The notes beneath the pieces were generated by a model. That model saw only the letters and a list, made by a program, of their open reading frames with translations. It did no database searches and was not told the origin of the DNA. The position numbers and the translations under genes are program-made. This document shows positions 1 to 9,283 of a stretch of DNA of 64,000 bases, one piece after another; positions within the stretch are counted from its first letter, which is position 1; each line of letters starts with the position of its first letter. Origin of the DNA: an uncultured Methanomassiliicoccus sp. (GTDB lineage Archaea > Thermoplasmatota > Thermoplasmata > Methanomassiliicoccales > Methanomassiliicoccaceae); the NCBI GenBank assembly GCA_905203995.1, contig CAJKXZ010000004.1, forward strand, positions 28,340 through 92,339, in the 5' to 3' direction.

Positions 1-2
1 GG

Positions 3-884
3 CTAGTCTGCAGCCGCTGCGGTCATGTCTGGAAGAATCAGTCGGAAAATCCTCAAAGATGTCCTAACTGCCAGTCGACACTGTGGAATGTTCCGCGGCC
101 AACGCTGCAATGCCGGCGCTGCGGGCATAAGTGGACGCTAAAGGGCCGCCGCCGGATGGAAGATGTTAAAATCTGTCCCAAATGTAAATCGGCAAAATGG
201 AATGAAGCGCCGAAAGTCTTTGTCTGCAGCATCTGCGGGAAAACACAGCTCCTCAAAGCCAATCAAAAACTGATGGCCTGTCCGCACTGCAATTCACACC
301 AGCATGTCTATGAGTTGAATTGTCCTTTCTGCGGCTACGTCTGGAATGTTGAACTAATGAATAGCTCGCAGTGTCCTCTCTGCAAAACAGTAGTCACTGA
401 TGAAGTGAGTGCCGGTTCACAGACTTTGGATATCTGGACGGAAGGCAACAGAGTTCTGCGTTACACTTCTAGCAATGGTTTTGGTTTTATTTATCTCTGG
501 GAAGGATTGGATCCGGTCACAACCATTTATTTCCATGAAGCCTGTCGGCAGCTGGCAATCAATGCCGAAAAGTTCATTGAAGCGATTAACACCAATACCT
601 TGAATGAAACGTTTAAGAAGCTTGCTAACTCGCTTTATGAACATCGTGATGATTACAAGCAATACATTCCTTATTTCCAAAAACGGCTTAACTTAAGCGA
701 GTTGGATGCAAGAATCCTCGCCATCCATTTTATCGGGATGGGGCCGGAAGCCATCGCCCTCAAATTCAAAATTCCTTACGAACAGATTCGTGATTCTTTT
801 GAACGCATCATGGCGGCTTTTACTGATTCAGGCATCGCCGTCGACGATACGGTTTTTACTGAAAATCCATTTGATTATTATTAA
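3..884 (+). CDS. 5'-partial multi-Zn-ribbon repeat protein with C-terminal HTH (putative transcription regulator); reading frame is open from the window start, so the gene begins upstream
   Basis: Frame 3 is open from nt 3. Translation shows tandem ~30-aa repeats of pattern C-x2-C-G-H-x-W-x(8-13)-C-P-x-C-x-S-x2-W-N (CSRCGHVW...CPNCQSTLWN; CRRCGHKW...CPKCKSAKWN; CSICG...CPHCNSH; CPFCGYVWN...CPLC). The C-terminal ~70 aa (LSELDARILAIHFIGMGPEAIALKFKIPYEQIRDSFERI) resembles a sigma-70 region-4/LuxR-type HTH. Confidence 0.55.
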   Translation, partial: LVCSRCGHVWKNQSENPQRCPNCQSTLWNVPRPTLQCRRCGHKWTLKGRRRMEDVKICPKCKSAKWNEAPKVFVCSICGKTQLLKANQKLMACPHCNSHQHVYELNCPFCGYVWNVELMNSSQCPLCKTVVTDEVSAGSQTLDIWTEGNRVLRYTSSNGFGFIYLWEGLDPVTTIYFHEACRQLAINAEKFIEAINTNTLNETFKKLANSLYEHRDDYKQYIPYFQKRLNLSELDARILAIHFIGMGPEAIALKFKIPYEQIRDSFERIMAAFTDSGIAVDDTVFTENPFDYY

Positions 885-1174
885 TTGTAAGCTAGTGTTT
901 TTACTTATTTTACAGTGTAACTTAATACGCCATATTTTTTAATTGATTGTCCATTGGCTTTTGTGAGTATTTTTGATACTCATTCCTCTTTTACTATGAA
1001 ATTCCCTAAATGTGTTGTTCTTACTTACTCACATCACCATCTTTTTCCAAATAAGATACATATATACCTACTGTATTACTAACTTGGACTATTCGTCCAA
1101 TAAACCCTTGGAAAGCTGAGATAACTCACTTTCTGGCTGAGGAAGTATAAGTAAAATAAATCTGGTGGGAAGAG

Positions 1175-1894
1175 ATGAGCACAACTATCTATCCAAGTCT
1201 TCGTCATGAAACTGATGAGGCTTCAAGCAAACCATGTAGTGTGGAGCCGGATAATCACATCGTTTTAAGCTGTAAAATCTGCGCTCATCACTGGCAGCCG
1301 CGGAATGGTGAGAAGCAATTACCGCAGCGCTGTCCCCAGTGTCGCAGTACCCGCTGGAACCTCGACAACCCCATAAAAAACAAATGTTTACGCTGCGGCC
1401 ATGATTGGGTAAGCAACGACAAATCACCCACCAAATGTCCTAATTGTCACTCTTCTAAATGGAACAGCAAAGCAGTACGTTGTAAATGCCGCAAGTGTGG
1501 ACACAGCTGGGAAAAGAAAAAGCGCGGTACACCGAAGAAATGTCCTGCTTGCAAATCATACTACTGGAATGTTTCTGGTGGTAGTTACGGCAGCAAAACC
1601 ACTTCTCTGGTTTGCAGCAGTGATGCTAAAAAATGGATGATGACTCCTTACCGTCAGGATCTTTTCAACATTATCAATTCTGAAGAAGGAAAAGATGCAA
1701 AGGTGGCGATGATCGCCCGGCTTCTGCAAATCGAAGCTAAAGATGCGGAAGTCTATCTGCTATATCTGCAGGGTACTGATTTAGTCGCGGTCTCCATTGC
1801 CTGTGGTCTTCCCTTTGAGATTACGATGAATGTAATTCAGGAAGTAGAATGCACTTTGTTCAATCCTATGTCGCGGATGGCAGCACGGGCATGA
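1175..1894 (+). CDS. Paralogous multi-Zn-ribbon repeat protein with C-terminal HTH
   Basis: Three tandem copies of the same C-x2-C-(G)H-x-W...C-P-x-C-x-S-x2-W-N module (CKICAHHW..CPQCRSTRWN; CLRCGHDW..CPNCHSSKWN; CRKCGHSW..CPACKSYYWN). C-terminus EVYLLYLQGTDLVAVSIACGLPFEITMNVIQEV is HTH-like. Stop TGA at 1892-1894 overlaps the ATG of the next gene (ATGA). Confidence 0.55.
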   Translation: MSTTIYPSLRHETDEASSKPCSVEPDNHIVLSCKICAHHWQPRNGEKQLPQRCPQCRSTRWNLDNPIKNKCLRCGHDWVSNDKSPTKCPNCHSSKWNSKAVRCKCRKCGHSWEKKKRGTPKKCPACKSYYWNVSGGSYGSKTTSLVCSSDAKKWMMTPYRQDLFNIINSEEGKDAKVAMIARLLQIEAKDAEVYLLYLQGTDLVAVSIACGLPFEITMNVIQEVECTLFNPMSRMAARA

Positions 1895-2481
1895 AAATTC
1901 TTGACATTAAGAAATATGGTCCCGTGTATCGTTTTACCGATGCCAATCTCTATTGGACACTCTATTATCTTTCTAAAAACAAAACAATCGGCCGGCGCAG
2001 TCTAGCATTGCATGTAGGCATCGGCGAAGGCAGCATGCGCAATATTCTCAACATCCTCAAGGAATGGCATTTTGTTGAGACTTTCAACCGCGGCATTCGC
2101 ATTTCTCAAGATGGTGCATTATTCCTCAGCACGATCCCCTTGGAAGTGGTTGATCTCAAGCTTTCCGGTTATCCTGAACTGCAGAATCAAGCACAATGCA
2201 GTGTAGTAGTTTTACAAGCATCATCCAAGATTCAAGATGGTCTCCGGCAGCGGGATGTATGTATCCGTTCGGGTGCCAATGGGGGCATCACCATTGTCAT
2301 GAAAAACGATTGTCTGTTAATTCCTCCAGATCATCTCCTTGCACAAGACAATCCTGAATTCGTGGAAACAATCTCTTCTTCCTCGAAGATGAATGATGGT
2401 GATGTTTTAATCATCAGTTTTGCTGAGGAACTACACTCAGCCGCCAATGGGGCAATTATGGCCGCTTTAGATTTGATCTGA
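1891..2481 (+). CDS. Uncharacterised protein with N-terminal winged-HTH-like region (conserved GxGEGSMR motif); paralogue of 50997..51581
   Basis: The ORF track gives 1849..2481. The internal Met at 1891 (MKILDIKKYGPVYRF) aligns with the start of the paralogue (MKLIERPKYGPLHRF) and gives an ATGA overlap with the upstream stop. Both copies share YGP..RFTD, VG.GEGSMR, TIPL, and a C-terminal ..AA.GA..AALDL. motif. Confidence 0.55.
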   Translation: MKILDIKKYGPVYRFTDANLYWTLYYLSKNKTIGRRSLALHVGIGEGSMRNILNILKEWHFVETFNRGIRISQDGALFLSTIPLEVVDLKLSGYPELQNQAQCSVVVLQASSKIQDGLRQRDVCIRSGANGGITIVMKNDCLLIPPDHLLAQDNPEFVETISSSSKMNDGDVLIISFAEELHSAANGAIMAALDLI

Positions 2482-2533
2482 TTTTCCAGTTATTAATCTT
2501 CTTAAATAGGTTGACGTATATATCCAAGCTGAC

Positions 2534-4687
2534 ATGAAGCGTATCGCCATTTATGGGAAAGGCGGAATCGGTAAATCCACAATCTCGTCCAATCTAACGG
2601 CCGCTTTATCAGATCTGGGGGTCAAAGTGCTGCAGATCGGTTGCGATCCTAAACATGACTCTACCCGTCTGCTGACTAACGGTGCTCAGGAAGTTACGGT
2701 CTTAGATTATCTGCGGGATACCTATCCGGATGAACGAAAATTGGAGGATGTCGTTTGTCACGGTTACAAAGGTTGTTTGTGTGTAGAAGCAGGCGGACCC
2801 GAACCGGGCATTGGCTGTGCCGGACGGGGAATCATTTCCGCCTTTGAATTGTTGCAGGATCTGGAAATCAACACAATTCCTCTGGACCTTACTATCTATG
2901 ATGTCTTAGGCGACGTGGTCTGCGGCGGTTTTGCCGTTCCTTTGCGTGATGGCTATGCCGATACAGTTTACATCGTCACCTCTGGCGAATTCATGTCAAT
3001 TTATGCAGCCAACAACATTCTCAAAGGTACTGCTAACTACAACCCCGACCGGATCGGCGGCATTATTTTCAACAGCCGCGGGGAAGAGGAAGAATATGAA
3101 CGGGTGAAGCGATTCGCCGAGGCGGTTGCGATACCGATCGTGGCTTCTTTCAGCCGTTCACGAGAATTCCTAGATGCTGAAAAATGCGGCAAAACAGTTG
3201 TGGAAGCTTATCCAGATTCTCCGTTGGTGGCTTCGTTTAAATCGTTAGCTGAAATAGTTCTGATGGGTAAGAAATACACGGCTAAGTCCCTGACTGAAGC
3301 TGAATTAGAACAGATCGTTTTAGGCCGGACTACCACTCATAGAGCAATCACCACCGAAAAGCCGCTCCCGCAGCTAAACGTTGACAGCTCACCACGCTAC
3401 TATACTTCCCGGAATGTGCAGAAGAATGAAGTGCTGCATGGCTGCGCTTTTGCCGGAGCCGCTTCAACCACCCTGGCCGTCAGCGGTCTGACGACGCTTA
3501 TGCACGCTCCGCGGAACTGCACCCAATTTGCTTATCAGCTGGCTACCAATGCCGTTAAACGATCATACATTTGTGAAGGTACAGCTATTCATGGCTTTGC
3601 CCGGCCGGAAGCTATCTGCACTAATATGACAGAAGCTTCGATGATCTTCGGCGGCAATGAGGATCTGCGTAATTCTTTGAACACCGCGCTGCGGCATGGT
3701 CAAAAGAATATCGCCGTCATCACTTCCTGCCCTTCGGGGATAATCGGTGATGATGTGGAAAATATTATTAAAGACCTGTCTGTCCAGCATCCAGAGGCAA
3801 CAATTGTACCGCTAATCGAAGACGGCAATGTAAATGGTGATTTTATGCAGGGGGTCATCGATGCCTGCATTGGACTTACCAAGGCTTTTGTAAATCGTTC
3901 TGCTGAAAAAACAGCTACCGTCAATCTCATCGGCATGAAAACCATTGCTACCAATTGCCTTAAGAATTCAGCAACTGTCGAAAATATCCTTGCCCAACTG
4001 GATATTAAAGTTAACTGCCGCTATCTGGGCAATACGGATATCGCTGATCTAAAAAATCTGACGGCGGCTAATTTCAATCTTTTACTGAATCCCGATCGTT
4101 TTTCCATGATGCTTAAACAATTTCTGGAAGACAATTACGACCTGGTCTTTTCTAAGAATATTGCCCGACCTGGTTTGAAAGCAACCATTCGTTGGATCAG
4201 AGAAATCGGCGAAACATTCTCTAAAACGGCAGAAGCAGAAAGGATCATCAAGGCTTTACAGGATGAATATCTTCTTCATTCTGAATTTTTAAGAAAAGAA
4301 TTGGAAAATAAAACAGTCTATGTTGCCAGTATGAATCGCGATATCGACTGGATCTTAGAAATGCTGGCTGCGGCAAAGATGAAAGTTCAGAAAGCGATTG
4401 TTATTGACCGGCCTGATTACACTATGGATTATGATGTACAGGCTGAATATCCCTTTGTGCAGGTGATTGAGAAATATGATCTGCAGGATCTTATTGATGA
4501 TATCAATCAGCAGGAACCAGATATGCTCATCGCTGCTTATCCGATGGCCGTGAAAGAATCAATCTTCCAACGGTACATTCCCTTAGTGCCGGATGTCGGC
4601 CCCTTTGGGGCGTTAGAATTGGCCGACTCCTGGCTTAGTTTTCTGAAAGCACCCACAGTAGAAGGATGGCGAAAAGATGGTAACTAA
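2534..4687 (+). CDS. Fused nitrogenase-like protein: N-terminal NifH/BchL/CfbC-family Fe-protein ATPase (~aa 1-270) plus C-terminal NifD/NifE/BchN-like component-1 domain (~aa 300-717)
   Basis: N-terminal P-loop [10 protein letters not shown]. Both [4Fe-4S]-ligand cysteines of NifH are conserved ([18 protein letters not shown] and [13 protein letters not shown]). After a ~30-aa linker the D-like module keeps three cluster-ligand-type Cys in NifD-like context ([24 protein letters not shown]; compare NifD CPVGLIGDD). It is a single uninterrupted 717-codon frame. Confidence 0.8.
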   Translation: MKRIAIYGKGGIGKSTISSNLTAALSDLGVKVLQIGCDPKHDSTRLLTNGAQEVTVLDYLRDTYPDERKLEDVVCHGYKGCLCVEAGGPEPGIGCAGRGIISAFELLQDLEINTIPLDLTIYDVLGDVVCGGFAVPLRDGYADTVYIVTSGEFMSIYAANNILKGTANYNPDRIGGIIFNSRGEEEEYERVKRFAEAVAIPIVASFSRSREFLDAEKCGKTVVEAYPDSPLVASFKSLAEIVLMGKKYTAKSLTEAELEQIVLGRTTTHRAITTEKPLPQLNVDSSPRYYTSRNVQKNEVLHGCAFAGAASTTLAVSGLTTLMHAPRNCTQFAYQLATNAVKRSYICEGTAIHGFARPEAICTNMTEASMIFGGNEDLRNSLNTALRHGQKNIAVITSCPSGIIGDDVENIIKDLSVQHPEATIVPLIEDGNVNGDFMQGVIDACIGLTKAFVNRSAEKTATVNLIGMKTIATNCLKNSATVENILAQLDIKVNCRYLGNTDIADLKNLTAANFNLLLNPDRFSMMLKQFLEDNYDLVFSKNIARPGLKATIRWIREIGETFSKTAEAERIIKALQDEYLLHSEFLRKELENKTVYVASMNRDIDWILEMLAAAKMKVQKAIVIDRPDYTMDYDVQAEYPFVQVIEKYDLQDLIDDINQQEPDMLIAAYPMAVKESIFQRYIPLVPDVGPFGALELADSWLSFLKAPTVEGWRKDGN

Positions 4688-5918
4688 TTATGACAAACCA
4701 GAGGGTTTGATGGGCGTTCTCCTGGCCTTTGAAGGCATGAATGATGCAGAAACTATTCTGAACGGTCCGACCGGCTGCAAATTCCATCCCGCTTCCGTTG
4801 CGGAAGCTGCTAGTCAGCGGAAAGGCTCCTTCAATCCCTTAGTTTTCTCAGGCGAATTTCATTTCTGTCAGCCGCGCATTCCTTGTACATATCTGGGCGG
4901 CTATGATTACATTGTCGGCTCCGGTGACCGTTTACAACGGCTTTTTGCTGAATTAGAAAAAATAAAACCCAGTCTTATCGGCATTGTTAACTCACCGGGG
5001 GCTTCACTGATCGGTGAATCTTTAAACGTTACTGAAAACACGATCCCGGTGATTAAAGTTGAAACGCCCGGCTATTCGCAATCAATGGGTGAAGGCTTTC
5101 AGGAAGGGATCATTTCTATCTTGGAAAAAATTCCCCCGCAAACTGGTAAAAAACAAGCAGCGGTAAATTTAATCGGCCTTTCCATCTGGCATCTAAACTG
5201 GGAAGACAGTCTTGACGATCTTAAATATCTGCTGCGGCTGTGTGATATTGAAGTAATCGCCACGGTCGGTGCCGGTTGGTCGCTGGCTGACCTCAAAGCA
5301 TCAGGCGAAGCCGAGTTAAATGTCGTGCTGCATCGTGAATTCGGCAGCAGAATTGCGGAATGGTATGCAGAGCACTGCGCTACGCCCTTCATCGCACCGG
5401 AGATTCCCTTAGGCTTTGATAGTCTGGAAAGGTGGATCAAAGCGATCTGCAGCAGATTAGCTAAAGATCCTACGCCGGCTTTAGAACTTATCAAATCAAA
5501 AAGAAAGAGGGTCTTCCGTGAACTGCAGTCGATGGAAGAAAGAAAAATTCTGCCTAAAGGCCGCACTTTCTCTCTGGCTGCTGACGAATCATTAGCTCTG
5601 CCGATTATAAAGTTTCTTTATGAATATCTGGGCATGGTTCCGGTCGCCGTTACTATTGAAAATCCGACTGGTGAAACCGAAAAATATCTGCAGACCCAGC
5701 AGCTTACTGTTTCCAACAATGTCTGGCAGACAACTGCTGATCTCTTCCTTGGTGATGGCAACACGATCTCCACCTTGCTCTTTCAGGAACTGGTAAGAAG
5801 CGGCATTGCCGTTGTGTCTCCCGGTCTCCGGCAGGTAGCAATTCAAGCTGAACCAGTCTTAGGCTTAGGCGGTACCCTGCGCTTGCTGGATGGAGTATTA
5901 AACGCTCTGGTGAGATAA
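4677..5918 (+). CDS. Nitrogenase component-1 family (NifK/NifN/BchB-like) partner subunit
   Basis: Oxidored_nitro-type sequence features ([27 protein letters not shown]). Only one Cys sits in the canonical cluster-ligand positions. The start ATG overlaps the stop of the upstream fused gene (ATGGTAACTAA), implying translational coupling. Confidence 0.75.
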   Translation: MVTNYDKPEGLMGVLLAFEGMNDAETILNGPTGCKFHPASVAEAASQRKGSFNPLVFSGEFHFCQPRIPCTYLGGYDYIVGSGDRLQRLFAELEKIKPSLIGIVNSPGASLIGESLNVTENTIPVIKVETPGYSQSMGEGFQEGIISILEKIPPQTGKKQAAVNLIGLSIWHLNWEDSLDDLKYLLRLCDIEVIATVGAGWSLADLKASGEAELNVVLHREFGSRIAEWYAEHCATPFIAPEIPLGFDSLERWIKAICSRLAKDPTPALELIKSKRKRVFRELQSMEERKILPKGRTFSLAADESLALPIIKFLYEYLGMVPVAVTIENPTGETEKYLQTQQLTVSNNVWQTTADLFLGDGNTISTLLFQELVRSGIAVVSPGLRQVAIQAEPVLGLGGTLRLLDGVLNALVR

Positions 5919-5980
5919 GCACGATCCTCTTAAAAAATGCCTTAACAAGGTATTTACTGTTTATTCTTCAAAAAAATAGA

Positions 5981-6000
5981 TGCAGGGTTTAAGCCCTGCA
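5981..6000. terminator. Hairpin (TGCAGGGT-TTAA-GCCCTGCA) preceded by a T/A-rich run, between convergent genes
   Basis: Perfect inverted repeat seen directly, lying between the + strand nif-like operon end (5918) and the - strand gene end (6008). Confidence 0.4.
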
Positions 6001-6007
6001 CGGTAGT

Positions 6008-6454
6008 TTAGAGTCTTGCTTGGATAGCACCAAAGATGAGTGTTATGATACCTGAGATGATCGCCAGGTAGAAACCGACGCCATAGCTGAGGTCAGCAAA
6101 CTCATCTCCTGCCCAGACATAGCTGACAATTGCCAGAATGATCGCGATGATACCAAAGACCGCTGCGGCATAGCCGATCTGCTTTCTTGAACCATTATCT
6201 GTCATACCGACAATGAAAACTATAAGTGATAGTACACCCAGAACAGCAACAATCACTGGAATGTAGATTTGGAAGCTGCCGTCGTAATCAAGCAGATCAA
6301 TTCCGGTATAGTCCACGCCACCTCCTGTGAACCAGTTGACGGCGATCGCTACGATGCCGATTAAAGCTCCAATAATGCCTATAATACCCCAAATGTAGGG
6401 AGCATTCTTTTTCATAGATGTCGATTCCATAATCTCAATCTCCTGTCCTCTCAC
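6008..6454 (-). CDS. Small integral membrane protein (4 predicted TM helices), unknown function
   Basis: Strongly hydrophobic G/I/A-rich segments; no recognisable catalytic motifs. Confidence 0.4.
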   Translation of the reverse strand: MRGQEIEIMESTSMKKNAPYIWGIIGIIGALIGIVAIAVNWFTGGGVDYTGIDLLDYDGSFQIYIPVIVAVLGVLSLIVFIVGMTDNGSRKQIGYAAAVFGIIAIILAIVSYVWAGDEFADLSYGVGFYLAIISGIITLIFGAIQARL

Positions 6455-6790
6455 ATTTTGGCGTGGGCGTATAAGTGTTTCTGATATATTTTAGAAATAT
6501 ATTATTCAAATCATACATAAAAATGGCTTCATCAGTCTTTGGAAAAAGCAAATCATTCAGAGCCAGCAGAGTAAAATTAGCTTAGTTTTTATGATTCCTA
6601 TCAGAATCAAGAAATGACCGTATTCTAGAATCTAAACGCTAGTAAAGGCCGGTGCTATATAATAATTTTGAAAGTTTTAGTAATCAACGATTAAATTGTT
6701 AATTCTCTCTTGTAAAATCATTTTTTAGGGGTAATATGGCATATTTTACGCTTTCCGCACGGCAACGCTTAATCTACTTAATTTTAGCAT

Positions 6791-7102
6791 ATGAAAATTA
6801 TGCAAACTATTGAAGTTAGTAAAACGCTGGAGATTGGTTTTGGCAACAAACGTGAAGTGATGACAGCTGATGCCAAGATTGTTGGTAAAGTCTACGGGGC
6901 TGAAGTTGATACGCAACGCTGGGTAGTAAGCAGCATTCTTACTGATTTCGATTCTTCAATTCTTTCAGAAGCCGATGTTAAACATCCTAAAATGAGGAAA
7001 ACAAGAGTTTCTATTCCTGTTGATAAAATTGAAAAAGTTTCTGACATCATCCAGTTGTCAGTCGATCTCAACACTCTCTTGAGTGCCATTGAAGAAAATT
7101 AA
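6791..7102 (+). CDS. Small hypothetical protein, possibly PRC-barrel-like
   Basis: 103-aa ORF after an AT-rich promoter-like region; weak resemblance to archaeal PRC-barrel proteins. Confidence 0.3.
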   Translation: MKIMQTIEVSKTLEIGFGNKREVMTADAKIVGKVYGAEVDTQRWVVSSILTDFDSSILSEADVKHPKMRKTRVSIPVDKIEKVSDIIQLSVDLNTLLSAIEEN

Positions 7103-8478
7103 GGCTTCGGCCGTCTTTTTTCTATTTTTTCCGTAATCGCTTCCAACGAGAGACCTTTTGTTTCTGGTACAAATTTCCAGACGAAAATTAAAGACAGCAG
7201 GCCGATGAGAGCGTAAATGAAGAAGACACCGTTGGTGCCAAAGAGACTTACCAGGCTGAGGAACGTAAGGGAAATGATGAAATTGGAGCTCCAGTTAGCA
7301 ACGGTTGCCGCACTCATTGCTTTACCCCTTACTTTGAGGGGATAGATCTCAGCAATCAGCAGCCAGAAGATGGGTCCAAGGCCGATGGCGAAGGAAGCAA
7401 TGTAAGTCATCAGGAAAACTGCCGTATAGAGACCTAAAGAGCTAGCACCAATGCTAAAGACGAGACCGAGGCCGAGAAGCGAGAGTACCATGCCGCTCAT
7501 GCTGAATAACAGCAGCGGACGGCGGCCTACTTTGTCTACTAAAAAGATGGAGATGATGGTAAGAATAACATTGACGATGCCTACGCCGACGCTGGCCGCA
7601 ATCGAAGCAGTAGCGTCAGCATAACCAGCGAATTCAAAGATGGTCGGAGCGAAGTAAATGACGGTATTGATGCCCGTTGCCTGCTGCAGGACCGCCAGCA
7701 TAATCCCAATAAGCGTTAAACGTCTGATCGCGGGAGACCACAGTTCACGTAGTTTAGTATCCTGCTGTTCTTCGTTCTCTGCTTCCATCTGCCGGATAGC
7801 ATGCTCTGCCCGATCACAGTCATAAGTAAAACCGGATGCGACACGGATCGCTTGATCAACCCGGCCTTTGAAAACCAGCCAGCGGGGGCTAGCTGGTAGA
7901 ACTGCCATACCAATCAGGAGGGCAGCAGCTGGAACTACTGCTGCGAGAAACATCAGGCGCCAGTCGCCACTTGGTGAAAAATAAAGAGAAACGACGTAAG
8001 CTAAGAGAATGCCCACGGTAACCATCAGCTGATTAAGTGAAACCATGGCTCCGCGAATGTTGGCTGGTGCCACCTCTGAGATGTACATGGGGCTGATGAA
8101 GGAGGCTACGCCGATACCAGTACCAACGATGAAACGACCGATAAAGAAGGTATAGATCTCCGGGGCGGTGGCAAGAACAATTGTACCAGCGATCACCAGC
8201 AGTGCTGCCCCGATAATCGATTTTCTGCGGCCCAGTTTGTCGGATAAATAACCACCGGAGGCCGCACCGATAATCGCTCCTACCAGCACCATGGCCACAG
8301 CCCAGGAACGTTCGGAAACGGTCAGTGAAAAATCCCGCTGGACAAAAAGAATCGCACCGGAGATGATACCTGTATCAAAGCCGAAGAGAATGCCGCCGAT
8401 TGCTGCCACCGCTGCGGCAATATAAACTAAGGGAGGAATCTTGAGTAGTTTCTTAGTCTTCTGGCTTGGGGATTTCAT
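7099..8478 (-). CDS. MFS sugar porter family transporter
   Basis: 12-TM layout; sugar-porter signatures GRRKSII, PESPRWL, and a G-R-x motif after TM8. Confidence 0.8.
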   Translation of the reverse strand: MKSPSQKTKKLLKIPPLVYIAAAVAAIGGILFGFDTGIISGAILFVQRDFSLTVSERSWAVAMVLVGAIIGAASGGYLSDKLGRRKSIIGAALLVIAGTIVLATAPEIYTFFIGRFIVGTGIGVASFISPMYISEVAPANIRGAMVSLNQLMVTVGILLAYVVSLYFSPSGDWRLMFLAAVVPAAALLIGMAVLPASPRWLVFKGRVDQAIRVASGFTYDCDRAEHAIRQMEAENEEQQDTKLRELWSPAIRRLTLIGIMLAVLQQATGINTVIYFAPTIFEFAGYADATASIAASVGVGIVNVILTIISIFLVDKVGRRPLLLFSMSGMVLSLLGLGLVFSIGASSLGLYTAVFLMTYIASFAIGLGPIFWLLIAEIYPLKVRGKAMSAATVANWSSNFIISLTFLSLVSLFGTNGVFFIYALIGLLSLIFVWKFVPETKGLSLEAITEKIEKRRPKP

Positions 8479-8488
8479 GAGTTATTGT

Positions 8489-9283
8489 TTATTCTTCAAC
8501 TTGTCCATTATTAATGTAACGCTGATCTAGTAGTTTTTTTAGAATAAATCTTAAACTTTCAATATTCGGCAGCCGATAGTTAGCGGCAGTCGTTCCGTCG
8601 CCGATCTTAATTGTCATACTTTTGTTCTGTAAGGCTTGGAATGCATCTTCATCGGTAACATCATCACCAACATATATAGAAGCAGTACAGCCAGTATGTT
8701 GAAGAAGGGCCAGACAGACATCGCCTTTATTTCTTCCCGGCTGCCGCAGTTCCCAGACTTTCTTACCGGCGGTGATTACAAAATTTCCAGAAAGGCGTTC
8801 AACAATTTCTTTAATCTTTTCTTCGTCTTGAGCAGCAACGTGGCGGTAATGAACACTAATCGAATATTTTTTCTCTTCCAGTTGCACACCTTTAAAATCT
8901 TTTAAAAACTTCTCTAATTTATTTTTCAATTGTAAAATATCATCATTATCTATTTCCTTTTCATTAAGGAACGGACATTCGAGACCGTGGCTACCGATTA
9001 AGTTGGTAAACGGTACCTTTTCTTTTAAGTCAGCTAAACTGCGGCCGCTGACAATCCAGACTTCTGTATTAGGCAATGCTGACAATTTCTCCAGGATCTT
9101 TCCCAAGTCCTGATCCAGCTGGGCATCCTGCGGACGGGCGACGATGGGGGAGATCGTCCCGTCAAAGTCCAGCATCAGCAGCAGCTTAGCTGAGGAGGCT
9201 AACTGTGCAAGCTCAGCAGCCAGCTTCCCATTGTCGGAAAAATTCATCCAGCCACCAGAAAATATCATGCTCTTGGACTTCAC
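8489..9283 (-). CDS. otsB: Trehalose-6-phosphate phosphatase (HAD superfamily, OtsB)
   Basis: HAD motif I LLMLDFDGTISP, and a C-terminal GDDVTDEDAF motif typical of trehalose phosphatases. The annotated start overlaps otsA by 70 nt; the true start may be an internal Met (about 9247). Confidence 0.75.
   Translation of the reverse strand: MKSKSMIFSGGWMNFSDNGKLAAELAQLASSAKLLLMLDFDGTISPIVARPQDAQLDQDLGKILEKLSALPNTEVWIVSGRSLADLKEKVPFTNLIGSHGLECPFLNEKEIDNDDILQLKNKLEKFLKDFKGVQLEEKKYSISVHYRHVAAQDEEKIKEIVERLSGNFVITAGKKVWELRQPGRNKGDVCLALLQHTGCTASIYVGDDVTDEDAFQALQNKSMTIKIGDGTTAANYRLPNIESLRFILKKLLDQRYINNGQVEE

Noticed and set aside
53-262. Minus-strand 69-aa ORF at the window start
   Set aside because: The + strand frame across the same bases encodes clear tandem Zn-ribbon repeats continuous with ORF 156..884; the minus ORF has no features.
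3563-3954. Antisense ORFs inside the nif-like fusion gene (3563..3790, 3700..3954)
   Set aside because: Embedded in a well-supported coding frame on the opposite strand and without motifs; typical shadow ORFs. The same applies to 5099..5566, 14798..15388, 16266..17534, 38181..38666, 45028..45504, 59211..59744 and similar.
2534-5918. Interpretation as a genuine N2-fixing nitrogenase (nifHDK)
   Set aside because: H and D are fused. The K-like subunit lacks the P-cluster Cys set. No nifB, nifE or nifN genes are nearby. The architecture fits the nitrogenase-like reductase families rather than nitrogenase.
8489-9283. 70-nt overlap of otsA and otsB as evidence of a frameshift or pseudogene
   Set aside because: Both ORFs are full length with intact motifs; internal Met codons in otsB (about 9268 and 9247) give a conventional start.
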